A stretch of 24,475 nucleotides of DNA from Zootoca vivipara (Eukaryota), in assembly GCF_963506605.1 (NCBI RefSeq). It is one part of the record NC_083288.1 of this genome. One strand, given 5' to 3'. Shown in pieces: positions 1 to 11,159 of the stretch (its first letter is position 1; each line of letters begins with the position of its first letter). The notes below the pieces were generated by a model. That model worked only from the letters and a program-made list of their open reading frames with translations. It was not told the DNA's origin and ran no database searches. The translations under genes and the position numbers were made by a program.

Positions 1-470
1 CAAGTAAGAGTGTCTTCCATGAACACAGTTTTAACAACAAGTCCGTAAGTGACTGTGGAGGGAAATTCTGGATCGACATGTCCTACCACAGTGGAGACAT
101 TGGTTTCCAGACAAGAGTTGACCATCATGCAGATTTGCCAAGCATGCCTTTCTCTTTGCACATTTCTACCTTGCGTCCTGAGCATATCTAGAGAGGGCCT
201 TGCCACTCCTTCTGACTTACACAGGCTGCACCCAGGCTAGTATGAATAAACATTCAGATGCCAATGGCCCTGGCTGTGGCACTTAAAGGACCACATAGCT
301 CTGAACCAATTAAGAGATAGATAGCATAGATTGCAACAATACTACATCACAGAGCATCAGACATAACTAAACACGTATTTTGATTTAAACGGAGCTCTTT
401 TCTTCTCAGGCAGAAAGTAAATGTTTAAGCAAGCTGAAATGTATGACCTAATATATTTATTTTCCCCAAG

Positions 471-1366
471 ATATGAATGACTGTAATAAATGCCCAGAAA
501 AAGACTATCCAAGCAAGAACCGGGATTCATGTCTACCCAAGGATATCAGCTTCTTGTCTTATGAAGAACCTTTGGGAATCAGTTTATCCTGTTTCTCTCT
601 TTCCCTTTCCTTGATCACAGCCCTGGTACTTGGTATATTTATGAAGCACCACAACACACCCATTGTTATTGCAAACAACCGAAACCTCACCTACACTCTC
701 CTCATCTCTCTCCTGCTCTGCTTCCTTTGTGCATTGCTCTTTATTGGCCGACCAGAGAAGGTGACCTGCCTCCTCCGACAAACAGCTTTTGGCATCATCT
801 TCTCAAATGCTGTTTCTTGTGTTCTGGCAAAAACCTTCACTGTGGTTTTGGCCTTCATGGCTACAAAACCAGAGTCCAGGATGAGGAAATGGGTGGGGAA
901 AAGACTAGGCCACTCCATTCTCCTTTCCTGCTCCATAGTTCAAGCAGGGATATGCACTGTGTGGCTGGCAACCTCTCCCCCATACCCAGATGTGGACATG
1001 CACTCAATGACTGAAGAAATCATACTAGAATGTAATGAGGGGAGTGTGGCCATGTTTTATTGTGTCGTCATCTACATGAGCTGCCTGGCAACTGTAAGTT
1101 TTGCTGTGGCTTTTCTCGCCAGGAAGCTACCAGACAGTTTCAATGAAGCCAAGTTCATCACCTTCAGCATGTTGGTCTTCTGCAGTGTTTGGCTCTCCTT
1201 TATTCCTTCCTATCTGAGCACCAAAGGAAAATATATGGTAGCTGTGGAGATCTTCTCCATCTTAGCCTCCAGTGTTGGGTTGCTGGGCTGCATCTTTTCC
1301 CCAAAATGTTATATAATCATTTTGAGGCCTGAGCTGAACAATAGAGAACAGCTAATAAGGAAGTGA
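471..1366 (+). CDS. V2R gene A, terminal exon 6 (end of cysteine-rich domain + 7TM domain); upstream exons lie before the window
   Basis: Acceptor tttccccaag ends at 470. The ORF 473-1366 has class C GPCR/V2R motifs: [85 protein letters not shown] probable donor gtaaga at 4-9 gives a phase-1 intron 4-470. Confidence 0.95.
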
Positions 1367-1788
1367 AATTAAAGAAATGAGAAACCTGTCATTTTCTGTA
1401 TTTTGGGTTCTTCCCCTATGTTTACAGTAGAATATTTTGAAATATAAGTTCAGCTGATGCCTTATATAATTTTTTCTGGGGTCCAAATTTCCATGGTTGA
1501 AAATTCCTTTGTAAAAGTGGCTTATTTCCTTGGAAGAACTCGGTCATACCTTTACACATACATTATTCTCTTGTAGCATGTACTGACAAGAAGACTGAGA
1601 GCTATTCTTGTCAAAATATACATGCCAGTAAATCTGTATCCGGCCTTAATTCTCAATGATAAAATTTGTCTCACAGCTTTCAGTATGATAGGATCTATGA
1701 AACTGTACTATTGCAGGCCATGGAATATTCGAGTATTCATTCATGGTTTATTGTTCTATACTGCTAACAGTCAGATTTATCCTGATTA

Positions 1789-2076
1789 CAGTGGTGCCTT
1801 GCTTAACAAACGCCCCGTAAGACAAAATTTTCGCTTAAAGAAAGGATTTTTCTAGTGGAGGTTGGCTCGCTAGACGAATTCGTTTTACGAAAAATTCATC
1901 TAGCGAATCACGGTTTCCCATAGGAATGCATTGAAATTCAATTAATGCATTCCTATGGGCAAAAAAAAAAAAATTCAAAAAAATTCAATGCATTCCTATG
2001 GGATTCGCTAGACAAATTTTTCGTTATAAGAATAGACCCGTGGAACGAATTAAATTTGTCTAGCGAGGCACCACTG
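1789..2076. mobile_element. Tc1/mariner-pogo (Tigger-like) non-autonomous MITE
   Basis: TIRs cagtggtgcctt... / ...gaggcaccactg, with TA on both sides (1787-88, 2077-78). Internal palindrome cccataggaatgcatt..aatgcattcctatggg. Absent from the paralogous flank near 23650. Confidence 0.9.
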
Positions 2077-2185
2077 TATATAACCCAGGCTCATCCAATA
2101 GAGCTGAAAAGGAAGTACTTTTTTATAGTGCACACTTTTGAACAATAGTCTTTGCTGACCCAAGGGATTGTCAATGACTTAGATG

Positions 2186-2416
2186 TATTTAACAGATTCA
2201 TGGAAGTTACGTCTATCCACATCTACTACTCATGATGCCCCCACTATCAGAGGCAGTATGTCCTCAAATACCAGTTGATCGGGGAACAAGAGTGGGAGAC
2301 TGCAGTTGAGCTCATGTTCTGTTTGCAGGTTTTCCGTAGACTTCAGACTGGCCACTGTGAAAACAGGATTCTGAGCTAGATGGGCCTTTGGTCTCATTGA
2401 GCAGTGCCTTCTTATG
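2186..2416 (+). mobile_element. CR1 LINE 3' end fragment (degraded)
   Basis: Recognised by eye as a squamate CR1 3' UTR: agattcatgga...agaggcagtatg...ataccagtt...ggccactgtga..acaggat...ctagatgggcc..tggtct...ttcttatg. Boundaries approximate. Confidence 0.65.
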
Positions 2417-2450
2417 ACTGCTACGATTGGGTAAGGGAAGGTGAGAGCTA

Positions 2451-2681
2451 CCATGTTTCTCCAAAAATAAGACACCGTCTTATATTTATTTTTCCTTAAA
2501 AAAAAACACAGTGGCTTATTTTCAGGGGATGTCTTATTTATTTTTTTAATTAAGTATGGTACAAGGTTAAAGTGCCTATCGCTATAGCTTATTTTCAGGG
2601 TGTGGCTTATTTTCGGGGTGTGGCTTATTTTCGGGGTATGGCTTATTTTCGGGGTATGGCTTATTTTTTGGAGGAACACGG
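2451..2681. mobile_element. Tc2/pogo-type MITE with internal 18-bp tandem repeats
   Basis: TA-ccatgtttctccaaaaataagac ... ggcttattttttggaggaacacgg-TA imperfect TIRs. 18-bp unit ggcttattttcggggtrt repeated about 4-5 times at ~2587-2668. Confidence 0.85.
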
Positions 2682-2729
2682 TATCTTTCATGGCTGTGTC
2701 TTGAATTTGGCTGAAGGATAATCCAAATT

Positions 2730-2819
2730 CATAGCTGCCAAGTTCTCCCTTTTTTTAAGGGAAATTCCCTTATGCTGAATAGGCCTCCTTGTGATAAAAG
2801 GGAAAACTTGGCAGCTATG
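2730..2819. mobile_element. Short (90 bp) hAT-like MITE
   Basis: TIRs catagctgccaagtt / aacttggcagctatg, the same TIR as the element at 24004-24417 that has an 8-bp TSD. No TSD recognisable here. Confidence 0.75.
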
Positions 2820-3453
2820 CCCTACTTCACCCAATACTTGAAGACTAAGATTCCACCAAATGGCTTTACCACCCAAAGTTTTGATGTTTTGCTATTAGGA
2901 AGGCAAAACCTCAAGGGCAGCCAATTTGTCTACAGGCATATTCCTTCCCGGCTTCTAATACCACAACTGTTGGCAACCATAGCAAGTTCAGCAACTACAA
3001 GAAAAACGAAGTGATTAAACAGAATGACGCTAAAGGAGAAAAGCAATGTTAGATCATGACGTGATAAGGAAAATACATTTTACAGGCATGATCATTAATT
3101 GACCTGAATTATTGTGAATGGAAATAATAAGGGAGGGTGGGAGGGTGTCACTCTTCACCCAGCAGCGCTGTGAGAGGTCCCTGCAACTGCCCTTTTAAGC
3201 CTCACTGTCAGGCCAGACAAGGCAGCAGCCTATGGCTGCAGCCAGCAAGGAACTGCCCTCCAGGAGGCAGCACTGAGTTGCCCATTTATGGTGCCTTTTG
3301 GGTTGGAAGACCCCTCCCCTTTGAGATCCACCGGCCAAGGAGAATTCCCTTCCAAAGGCCAGCAAATATGTGTGCTTAGGCCATCGGGGAAGGAGGCTGA
3401 GAGTGAGGGAACACAACCGTCACCCCCTGGTAAAGTGGTGAGCAACCATTGTA

Positions 3454-3693
3454 CAGTGGAACCTCAGTTTACGCCTACCTCCGTTTATGAACGCCTCCAT
3501 TTACGAACGCCGCAGACCCGGAAGTGTTTACATCCAGGTTCCACAGCGCTCGGATATGCAGAAGCGATCTGCGCAGCGCACATGTGCACAGAAGTGCTCT
3601 ATCGGCGCTTCACACATGGGCAGAAGCGTGCCTTCGGTAAGCGAACGCCTCGGCAAGCGAATGCCTCCTTGGAACCAAACCGAGGTACCACTG
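3454..3693. mobile_element. Tigger-like (Tc1/mariner-pogo) MITE
   Basis: TA-cagtggaacctc ... gaggtaccactg-TA (TA at 3452-53 and 3694-95). CpG-rich interior. Confidence 0.88.
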
Positions 3694-4601
3694 TACTCAT
3701 GCCATATGACTGATGTGAATCCAGGTCCACTCAGTCAGATTTCAAGATGCTGAAAATGTGGGATGTGTCAGTCAACTCCAACCTTCCAAGAAGAACCAAC
3801 TGTCATCTCTGTGTCAGTTTGTTTGGACCGTTGAACAGTTAAGCTGCTGCTGATAGATGCTATGAAGGAGTTGTTAAGACTCACTAATACATAACATATA
3901 GTTTATTTTTTAACCTAAGTATGAATCTGACAGTAAACTAGTTTGCTTTATTATAACACAGATTCATGTGTATTTTTTTTTAAGACGGATAAAAGGGATT
4001 TGCAACTAAGAAAGACTCTAACAAGTCAGCAAGCCGTTTTGCTGCTGTGCAGACCTCAGTAAGGAAACGTTTGACTCTGCAACTAAACTAAAGTATATTA
4101 TAAACGTTCCTGCAGAAAACACCAAAATACATTTTGGCGTCTCCATTGTTTACAAGGTCTTCTGTTATGAACTTCAAACTTCACCAATACACCATTGGCT
4201 CCTTATTATCCACTGAAAGGGAATTAGACACAAAAGTTTTGAATATGTGACAAACACATATTCTTCAGCAATTCCACAGGGGTCCCCAAGCATTGAATAA
4301 ATAACTAAATTCCAGCTTGGTTATTAACAGGGCTATAATTAAATCTGCTGCCCCTCAGAAACCCCTGTGGACCTTCAGTGGCACTGGCAAAAGGAACACA
4401 AAGGATACTAAAATTAACAAGAATAATTTAAATAGGGTCTGGGATCCACAAGTCTGATCTTATATACTCCCAGATTGCATCCTCTCAGGTAAATAAAGTA
4501 CCATTCAAATGAGACAGATCTTATCTTAGAGAAGTTAATTATAATATTGCCGGAGAAATCATGGATTCCGTGTAGAACAAACAGTTGCTTTTGTATTGAG
4601 A

Positions 4602-4819
4602 ATGGTGGTCTTAGTGGTCTTGCTCCTGGAACTGGTTTCTTACAATGTATGTGAGGCTCACATAGCAAAATGCAGGCTCCAAGGTCCACACCGTCCACTT
4701 CACATGTATCATCAGCCAGGAGAGTTCATCATTGGTGGCATCGTCTCCCACAGTGCCTTCCTCTCCTCTCCAGCAACATTCACTGAGGATCCCCCAGCAG
4801 CGCTGCCTGACGAGCTTGT
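4602..4819 (+). CDS. V2R gene B exon 1 (signal peptide + start of Venus-flytrap ectodomain)
   Basis: ATG at 4602; hydrophobic leader MVVLVVLLLELV; V2R motif HQPGEFIIGGIVS. Donor gt|gtaaga at 4820, phase 2, matches exon 2. Confidence 0.9.
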
Positions 4820-5202
4820 GTAAGAACTAAGCCACTCATTTATTACAGCAGAGGAATGATCAAACCTAGAGTTGCAGCCTCAGAATGACTGAAACTGCAA
4901 ACCTCTACTCATTTTCCTGGGGAAAACCACTTTAGATTTGAATGAGACTTACGCTGGTGCAAAAAAATGGAAGGAATCTCTTGCAAATTAAGAGAATACA
5001 GGAGAAATTCCCACGTCTGGGTAGAGAAATGAACATAAAATTTTGATATGTATGCATGTTTGTGTGTCTGGGATAGGCCTTTTGAACAGCCCATTTTGAT
5101 GGACTTTATCTGAACTAGAGTTTTAGTAACAATGAATTTTTAAAAACCTGTTCTGAGCTGAATGTTCTTAAGGTTTCATTTTCTGATCTTAGGCTAAGGT
5201 TT

Positions 5203-8200
5203 GTTTGTTTGTTTTGAATAACTCTTTATTATTTTAAAATCAATACATTGATAGAACAGAAATACACAGAAAGCAAAATTACAATAATTTACATATAAGC
5301 ATACGTATATTTAAAGAAACTAATAATATCCAAACTGAAATTAGGAAGTTTAACATGATCTATACCATTTATATGTCCGACCATGAAAATAATTTAAAAC
5401 CGGGAAAAAAATAGGTTAAAAATGACTGCCAGTTAATCTCACTGTGTTTTGCCTAGTCATTACCTTGTACCGCACAGTTGCATCTTTCATATATAATTTC
5501 TTTGTATATCCTTGCACGTTTCTATTTACATCCTTCAAGGGTCAGTCTAATTCTCCAAGAGATTCCCTTTTGTACCATAATTTTCTAGATACTCTTTAAA
5601 AATTCTCCATTCCTTATAGGTTGTTTGTTTTGTTTGTCCCCTTATCTTACCTGTTGTCTTTGCAAGTTGCAGGTATTCTACCATAAGGGCTTGCCAATCT
5701 GCTGTATTGGGTATTGCTGTATTCTTACAATTCCTCACTATTAATATTCTGGCCGCCGTTGTTCCATACATGAACAATGTTCTTTTGGTTTTCCCTATTT
5801 CATTTGGCAGTATGCTTAATAAAAAATATTTCTGGCCTTTTTTAAAATGTACATTTAAATATTTTTTTAAAGTTCTTCATATATAGTATTCCAATATACT
5901 GTACACAGGTGTCTGTACAATTCCACCACATGTGCCAATAAGATCCAATTTCTCTGTTATACCTCCAACATATCAGTGTTCTATTTTTATACATTTTAGC
6001 TAATATTTCCGGAGTTTTGTGCCATCTGTACATCATCTTTAGAATATTTTCCCTTAGGTTATAACAGGCCATAAATTTTATGTCTACCTGCCATAATTTT
6101 TCCCATTGTGCCATGTAGATATTATAACCCAGGTCCTGTGCCCCTCTCACCATTACTGCTTTCACTTGTTCCTCTTTTACCTCCCACTCTAATAAAAGAC
6201 CATAAAGCCATAAGATGTGTCTTCCTTTAGTTGTTGTTGTTGTTTAGTCGTTTAGTCATGTCCGACTCTTTGTGACCCCATAGACCATAGCACACCAGGC
6301 ACTCCTGTCTTCCACTGCCTCCCGCAGTTTGGTCAAACTCATGTTCGTAGCTTCAAGAACACTGTCCAACCATCTCATCCTCTGTCGTACCCTTCTCCTA
6401 GTGCCCTCGATCTTTCCCAACATCAGGGTCTTTTCCAGGGAGTCTTCTCTTCTCATGAGGTGGCCAAAGTATTGGAGCCTCAGCTACAGGATCTGTCCTT
6501 CCAGTGAGCACTCAGGGCTGATTTCCTTCAGAATGGATAGGTGGATAGGTTTGATCTTCTTGCAGTCCATGGGACTCTCAAGAGTCTCCTCCAGCACCAT
6601 AATTCAAAAGCATCAATTCTTCCTTTAGTATTTTGTATTAATTCCTTTTCGAATTTGGATGTTTCTTTTGCAAGGCCTGTTTTTTTTATCGGTAATTAAT
6701 CTTTGATGGGTTTGAAAATATTGCAGCCAGTCTGTCACGCACCCTTTAATTTCTTCGTATTTTTTCAATTTAATTCATTCTGATGTTCTTCTCGTACCAG
6801 TAGTAGTTGGTATGTGGCCCATTCCCCTTCCATGTTTCTTTTCCTGACTGCTAATGCCTCTGCAGGGGGATTTTAGATTCCCAAATTCCTTTATATTTTA
6901 ACCAAATTTTATATAATGATTTCCTTATTAGGTGATTCAAAAAAAACCTGTGGACCTTTACCTTCTCATATATTAAATAGGTATGCCACCCATACCGATT
7001 GCCGTATCCCTCCAGGTCTAGCACGTCGGTGTCCCTTAATGTTATCCAATCTTTTAACCAACCAAAACCTGCTGCTGTATGATATAACTCTAGATCAGGG
7101 AGCGCAAGGCTCCTCTCTCTCTTTTGTCTATTAACAGCTGGTGTTTTATCCTCGGTCTTTTTTCGTTCCATATAAATTTCGCCATATCTTTTTTCCACTC
7201 CTGGAAACATTTAGTCCCCCCAATATCGGTATAGTTTGGAATAAAAAAGTCATTTTGGGGAGTATGTTCATCTTAACCACCGAGATTCTACCCCATAGAG
7301 AGAGATGTAGCTTATTCCAGGTTTTCATATTTTGCTTAACGTCGTTCCATGCTTTGACATAATCGACTTCATATAAATTAATACTCTCTGCTGATATCCA
7401 GATCCCTAGATATTTTATCTTGTTCTTAATCTCTAAACCCGTCAGCAGGTTGAGTTCCTTTTTCTCTTCTGTGTTTACATTTTTTGTTAATAACTTAGTT
7501 TTTTGCTAGTTTATCTTTAGACCTGCCACTTTCCCATATTTGTTGATTATTTCTAACATCACAGGCATGCTCCCTTTCGTGACTCGTGTTGTTATTATTA
7601 AGTCGTCGGCAAATGTCCTAACTTTGTAAGATTTTTTCCCAATTACAATTCCTTTTATTTTATCTTCATTTCTGAGATTTTGCAATAAAATTTCCAAAAC
7701 TAATATAAGTAACCAAGGTGACGAGGGGCAACCTTGTGTTGTCCCTTTTGTGATTGGAAAACTTTCCGTCAAATTACCATTTATTATTAGCCTTGCTCTC
7801 TGCTGGTCATATATCGCTTCTATAGCTTTCCCCTTTCTTCCTCTTATTCCCATTACTTCAATTTGTTTTTTCATAAACCGCCAGGAGACGTTATCGAATG
7901 CCTTTTCTGCATCTAGCAGTAAAAGTGCTGCTTTTTTATCGGTCTTAAATTCTAAATGTTATTTTGAATTCCTCTCTTTCTTTTTTGGCCTTTTCCCATT
8001 TTTTTTATAATCCTTTATTTCTTTAAAAGATTTTTTTGCAGTATCTTCCAAGTGTTGTGACTTATTTTTAGATTCTTGTACTATTTTTGTCAATTCTTTA
8101 TTTTTCTCAGAGAGGTCAGTTACTTGTAATTTCAACTCTGTAATTGATTTTGTATTGTCTTCAACTCTTTCATCCATCTTATCTAGTTTCTCCTCTATTC

Positions 8201-9457
8201 CTTTCATTTTGTTATTAATTTCCCTTTTTTAATCATTAAATTCTCTCATCTCCCCTATGTCCCCCTTCAAACTCAAAATTAAATCATTGACCTCCATTTC
8301 TGAGTTTTGGCCTGAAGCTCTCCTTCCCTGTTGGTTACAAGTCACACTTTGGCTATATTTTTTGTTCTATGACATAATAATAAATTGGAGTAACAATCTC
8401 CAACAGCCATAGGTTCACTCTATGGTTCCACACAATTTCCCACCATTTTCTAATATCACATTTCCTCTTTCACTTTAATTTACTTCTCTTTGTTTCCCCA
8501 CCAGGTGTTTTATATTAATTAAAGTTCCGTTTCCAGCTACTTGATGTCGCTGTCATTTCTATCTACAATTCCTTTGTTAGGGCTTTCAGCTTAATTTTGT
8601 CCTCTCCGCTTTCTTATTGGCTGTTCCAGTCTTTTCTTCTCAACTTTTCAATAGTCCCTGCCATTCTCCTTTCCACGCCGCTCCATTGTTGCCCCAGTTG
8701 AGAATGTAAGTTACTTTTAAAAGTCTCCGATCTAGGTCCTGGTTTTCTTTCAAAGTTCAGACTTTCATTTTCTCCCTTATCCTTAGCTTTGTCTTCTATG
8801 ATGAATTTTACACTATTTAGCCCTTTCTCTTCTTCTCTGCCTCCTTTTAGTAGTATGGTATTTGAAACAGTTCATTAATCCATGGCTTTTTCAAATTTTT
8901 CCTTGTTACGGTTACAATTATTGTAACAGTTCCTTGTTGCAGTTTAAGGCTTGGGTGCACAGCTATCAGTGGCAGTTCTTTCCTTAAATAGCTCTATTTT
9001 CCACTGAGCCTTGTGGTTATTTTCTGTGCTGAAGTCACACACAGTAAGCTTAATTTCCAAGATTTTCCTGTCTGGCCCCCTAGGTTTTACTCTCCTGGAT
9101 CTAAATGGCAGTCTTTAGTCTCTTAATTCCTCTTGGAATTAATGCCACTTAGTAGAGATTAAGGGGTATAGTTAACTGGAAACTTTACCACCGCTCACCG
9201 TCACGGAATTCAAGGCTTCTTGTGGAGGGAAGTTCATTTCCTCGCGTCTAGGTCTCTCTGCTCTTTTGTCGCAAAGACGCAGAATGCCAAAGGTCCCTTC
9301 CGATGCCACTAGATATTTCGGAACAGGGTCACCCCCTGAGCCTTTTGGGGTCACGTAACCTTCACGTTGCCTCTCAAAATCTCCTCCAACAATCGCTCCT
9401 GCTTGGAGCTTCAACGGAGCGTGTCCGTCCTGGGGGAGCGGTAAAACCGGAAGCCCA
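5203..9457 (-). mobile_element. L1-clade LINE in intron 1, both termini present, internally deleted and decayed
   Basis: 18-bp TSD gatcttaggctaaggttt (5185-5202 and 9458-9475). Minus-strand 5' end GGGCTTCCGG; AATAAA (5225-5230, minus strand) and (AAAC)n tail. Coiled-coil ORF1 remnant 7959-8207. ORF2 remnants LDAEKAFD, QGCPSSP, FADDL, WNKLHLSLWGRISVVKMNILPK, and the zinc-knuckle remnant CWR..HMWWNC. Confidence 0.93.
6232..6617 (-). mobile_element. BovB (RTE-clade LINE), 5'-truncated copy nested in the L1
   Basis: ORF 6256-6456 MRREDSLEKTLMLGKIEG...GVTKSRT is the characteristic BovB C-terminus. (CAA)n tail. 12-bp TSD tcttcctttagt at 6220-6231 and 6618-6629. Confidence 0.93.
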
Positions 9458-9639
9458 GATCTTAGGCTAAGGTTTCTCTCAGCACTGAGAGGTACTTATT
9501 ATGAAGTATAGAATTTAGTGAATTCCAACCACCATCACTGCCTCATGAAAATGAGGTCATTGCAGGGAGAGACCAGAGAGACCAGAGATGTTGTAAGTGT
9601 CATAAAAAGACCTCAGATATGTAAGGGAAGACGTTGCAT

Positions 9640-10145
9640 GAGCAACCCCTGCTCTAGATAATATTAATCTTAAAAGATTGGGAAACTGGGGAAAAAGGAA
9701 CAACATTAATTTCAATAGGGATGAATGCACAAACCTAAGATGAGGAACACTTGGCTTGCCATTAGTACATGTGGAAAGGTTCAAGTATTGTGTCGTGATC
9801 AAAGGAAGTAATAGTACTGCTGTATTCCTCCCTGGACACCTGGAGTCCTGTGTCCAGTTCTAATCACCACAATTCAAGAAGGATATTGTGAAGCAGGAAC
9901 ATGTGCAGAGGAGGGCAACAAAGATGGTCTGCAAACCAAGTCTTATGAGGAAAGGATAAGGGAGTTTGGTATGTTTAGCTTTGATGAGGCAGAGGGGAGG
10001 TATGATAGCCATTTTCAAATATCTCAAGGGCTGTCACCAGGAAGATGAAACATGCTTGTTTTCTCTTCCTCCAAATAAGGGTAATCAAGTTACATCAAGA
10101 AGAAGTTTCTATTTATAAGAGCTGTTCAAGAGTAGAACAGACTGA
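9640..10145 (+). mobile_element. Old CR1 LINE ORF2 3' fragment
   Basis: CR1-like segments cacctggagtcctgtgtccagttc, aagaaggatatt, gcagaggagggcaacaaagatggt, ttatgaggaaagg..agggagtttggtatgtttagc, atgatagccattttcaaatatctcaagggctgtca. No open frame; boundaries approximate. Confidence 0.75.
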
Positions 10146-10252
10146 GATTTAACCACACAGAACTCAATTTGATTAACTACTGTGTTGATATAAATATATA
10201 AGGAAATAGCTGTTGGCGTTCCTACTGAAACAGTTTGCAACTCTCATTCTAG

Positions 10253-10544
10253 GGTGATGCCTAAGCTTTACCAGCACATCGTGACCTTGGCATTTGCAGT
10301 CAAGGAGATCAATGAAGACCCTCACATCTTACCCAATATCACCTTGGGCTTTCACTTATATGACAGCTATTCCTATGCAAAGAGCACATATCTTGCCACA
10401 CTGCTACTTTTATCGATGGTGGAGAAATTTGTTCCCAACTATATATGTGATGTTGAAAGTTATCTGTCTGGGGTCATTGGGGGACTGGATTCTGAAATCT
10501 CCTTTTATGTGGCTACTGTTTTGGATATCTACAAGATTCCACAG
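10253..10544 (+). CDS. V2R gene B exon 2
   Basis: Acceptor ctctcattctag (AG 10251-52); 292 nt; encodes YQHIVTLAFAVKEINEDPHILPNITLGF...PNYIC...IYKIPQ; donor gtatga at 10545. Confidence 0.95.
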
Positions 10545-10609
10545 GTATGACACCCATGTACAATACTTCTATTAGCTTGCATAGAGGATGAGGCAGGATC
10601 CTCAGAATC

Positions 10610-10706
10610 AGTTCAGGGTGAAGATGAAATTAGGAGAACCATGTACACCGCCTTGAGACCCTTAGAAAATAATGGTGGTACATAATGATAATATAAACAA
10701 ACAAAC
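10610..10706 (+). repeat. Probable SINE/L2-type 3' tail remnant
   Basis: aaccatgtacaccgccttgagacccttag...ataaacaaacaaac resembles MIR/L2-tailed SINE ends. Recognition only, degraded. Confidence 0.35.
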
Positions 10707-11054
10707 CTGAATAAGGGGAAAGGGTGCAATACTAGAAAACAAAATACACGTCCCTCCCCCCAGTCTTACACACACATCAAGACCACTGATATGCCAAAGA
10801 CAACCGATGGGAGAGTGGGCTTCTACCTCACCAGCTGTTTTTAGTTATGTAGCAATTTCTGCTCAGTGAGGAGGGTATCCGAATTGAGTTGCTGGGGAAA
10901 ATGGGAAATTGCTTTAGATTCTGACATAGCCAGAGAATGTCTAGGTTATCTGCTGTTTGGGGCATGGTACATATGTCCCCCGATTCAGCTTTATCCATTG
11001 TACAAGACCTTGCCAAATTTTGCAATGACATAAAAAATAATTTGTTTGTTTTTT

Positions 11055-11159
11055 AACAACAACAACAACAACACTTTATTATTTATACCCTGCCAATCTG
11101 GGTGCCTTCCAATAAAATATTAAAATACAATAGTCCGTCAAACATTAAAAGATTCCCTA
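11055..11159 (-). mobile_element. L2 LINE extreme 3' end, interrupted by a MITE
   Basis: (aac)n + ttattatttataccctgcc...ttccaataaaatattaaaatacaa...aaacattaaaagattcccta matches the L2 3' ends at 14385 and 19745. It resumes as aacag after the MITE. Confidence 0.65.

Noticed and set aside
584-1014. Antisense and alternate-frame ORFs overlapping exon 6 (also 15098-15574)
   Set aside because: Shadow ORFs of the real coding frame; their lengths differ between the paralogs.
2230-2691. 153-aa minus-strand ORF with PKISHT repeats
   Set aside because: It is a translation of the 18-bp tandem repeats inside a MITE plus CR1 sequence, not a gene.
3130-3760. Cluster of overlapping 70-141 aa ORFs
   Set aside because: GC-rich, partly MITE sequence with no recognisable motifs or splice structure.
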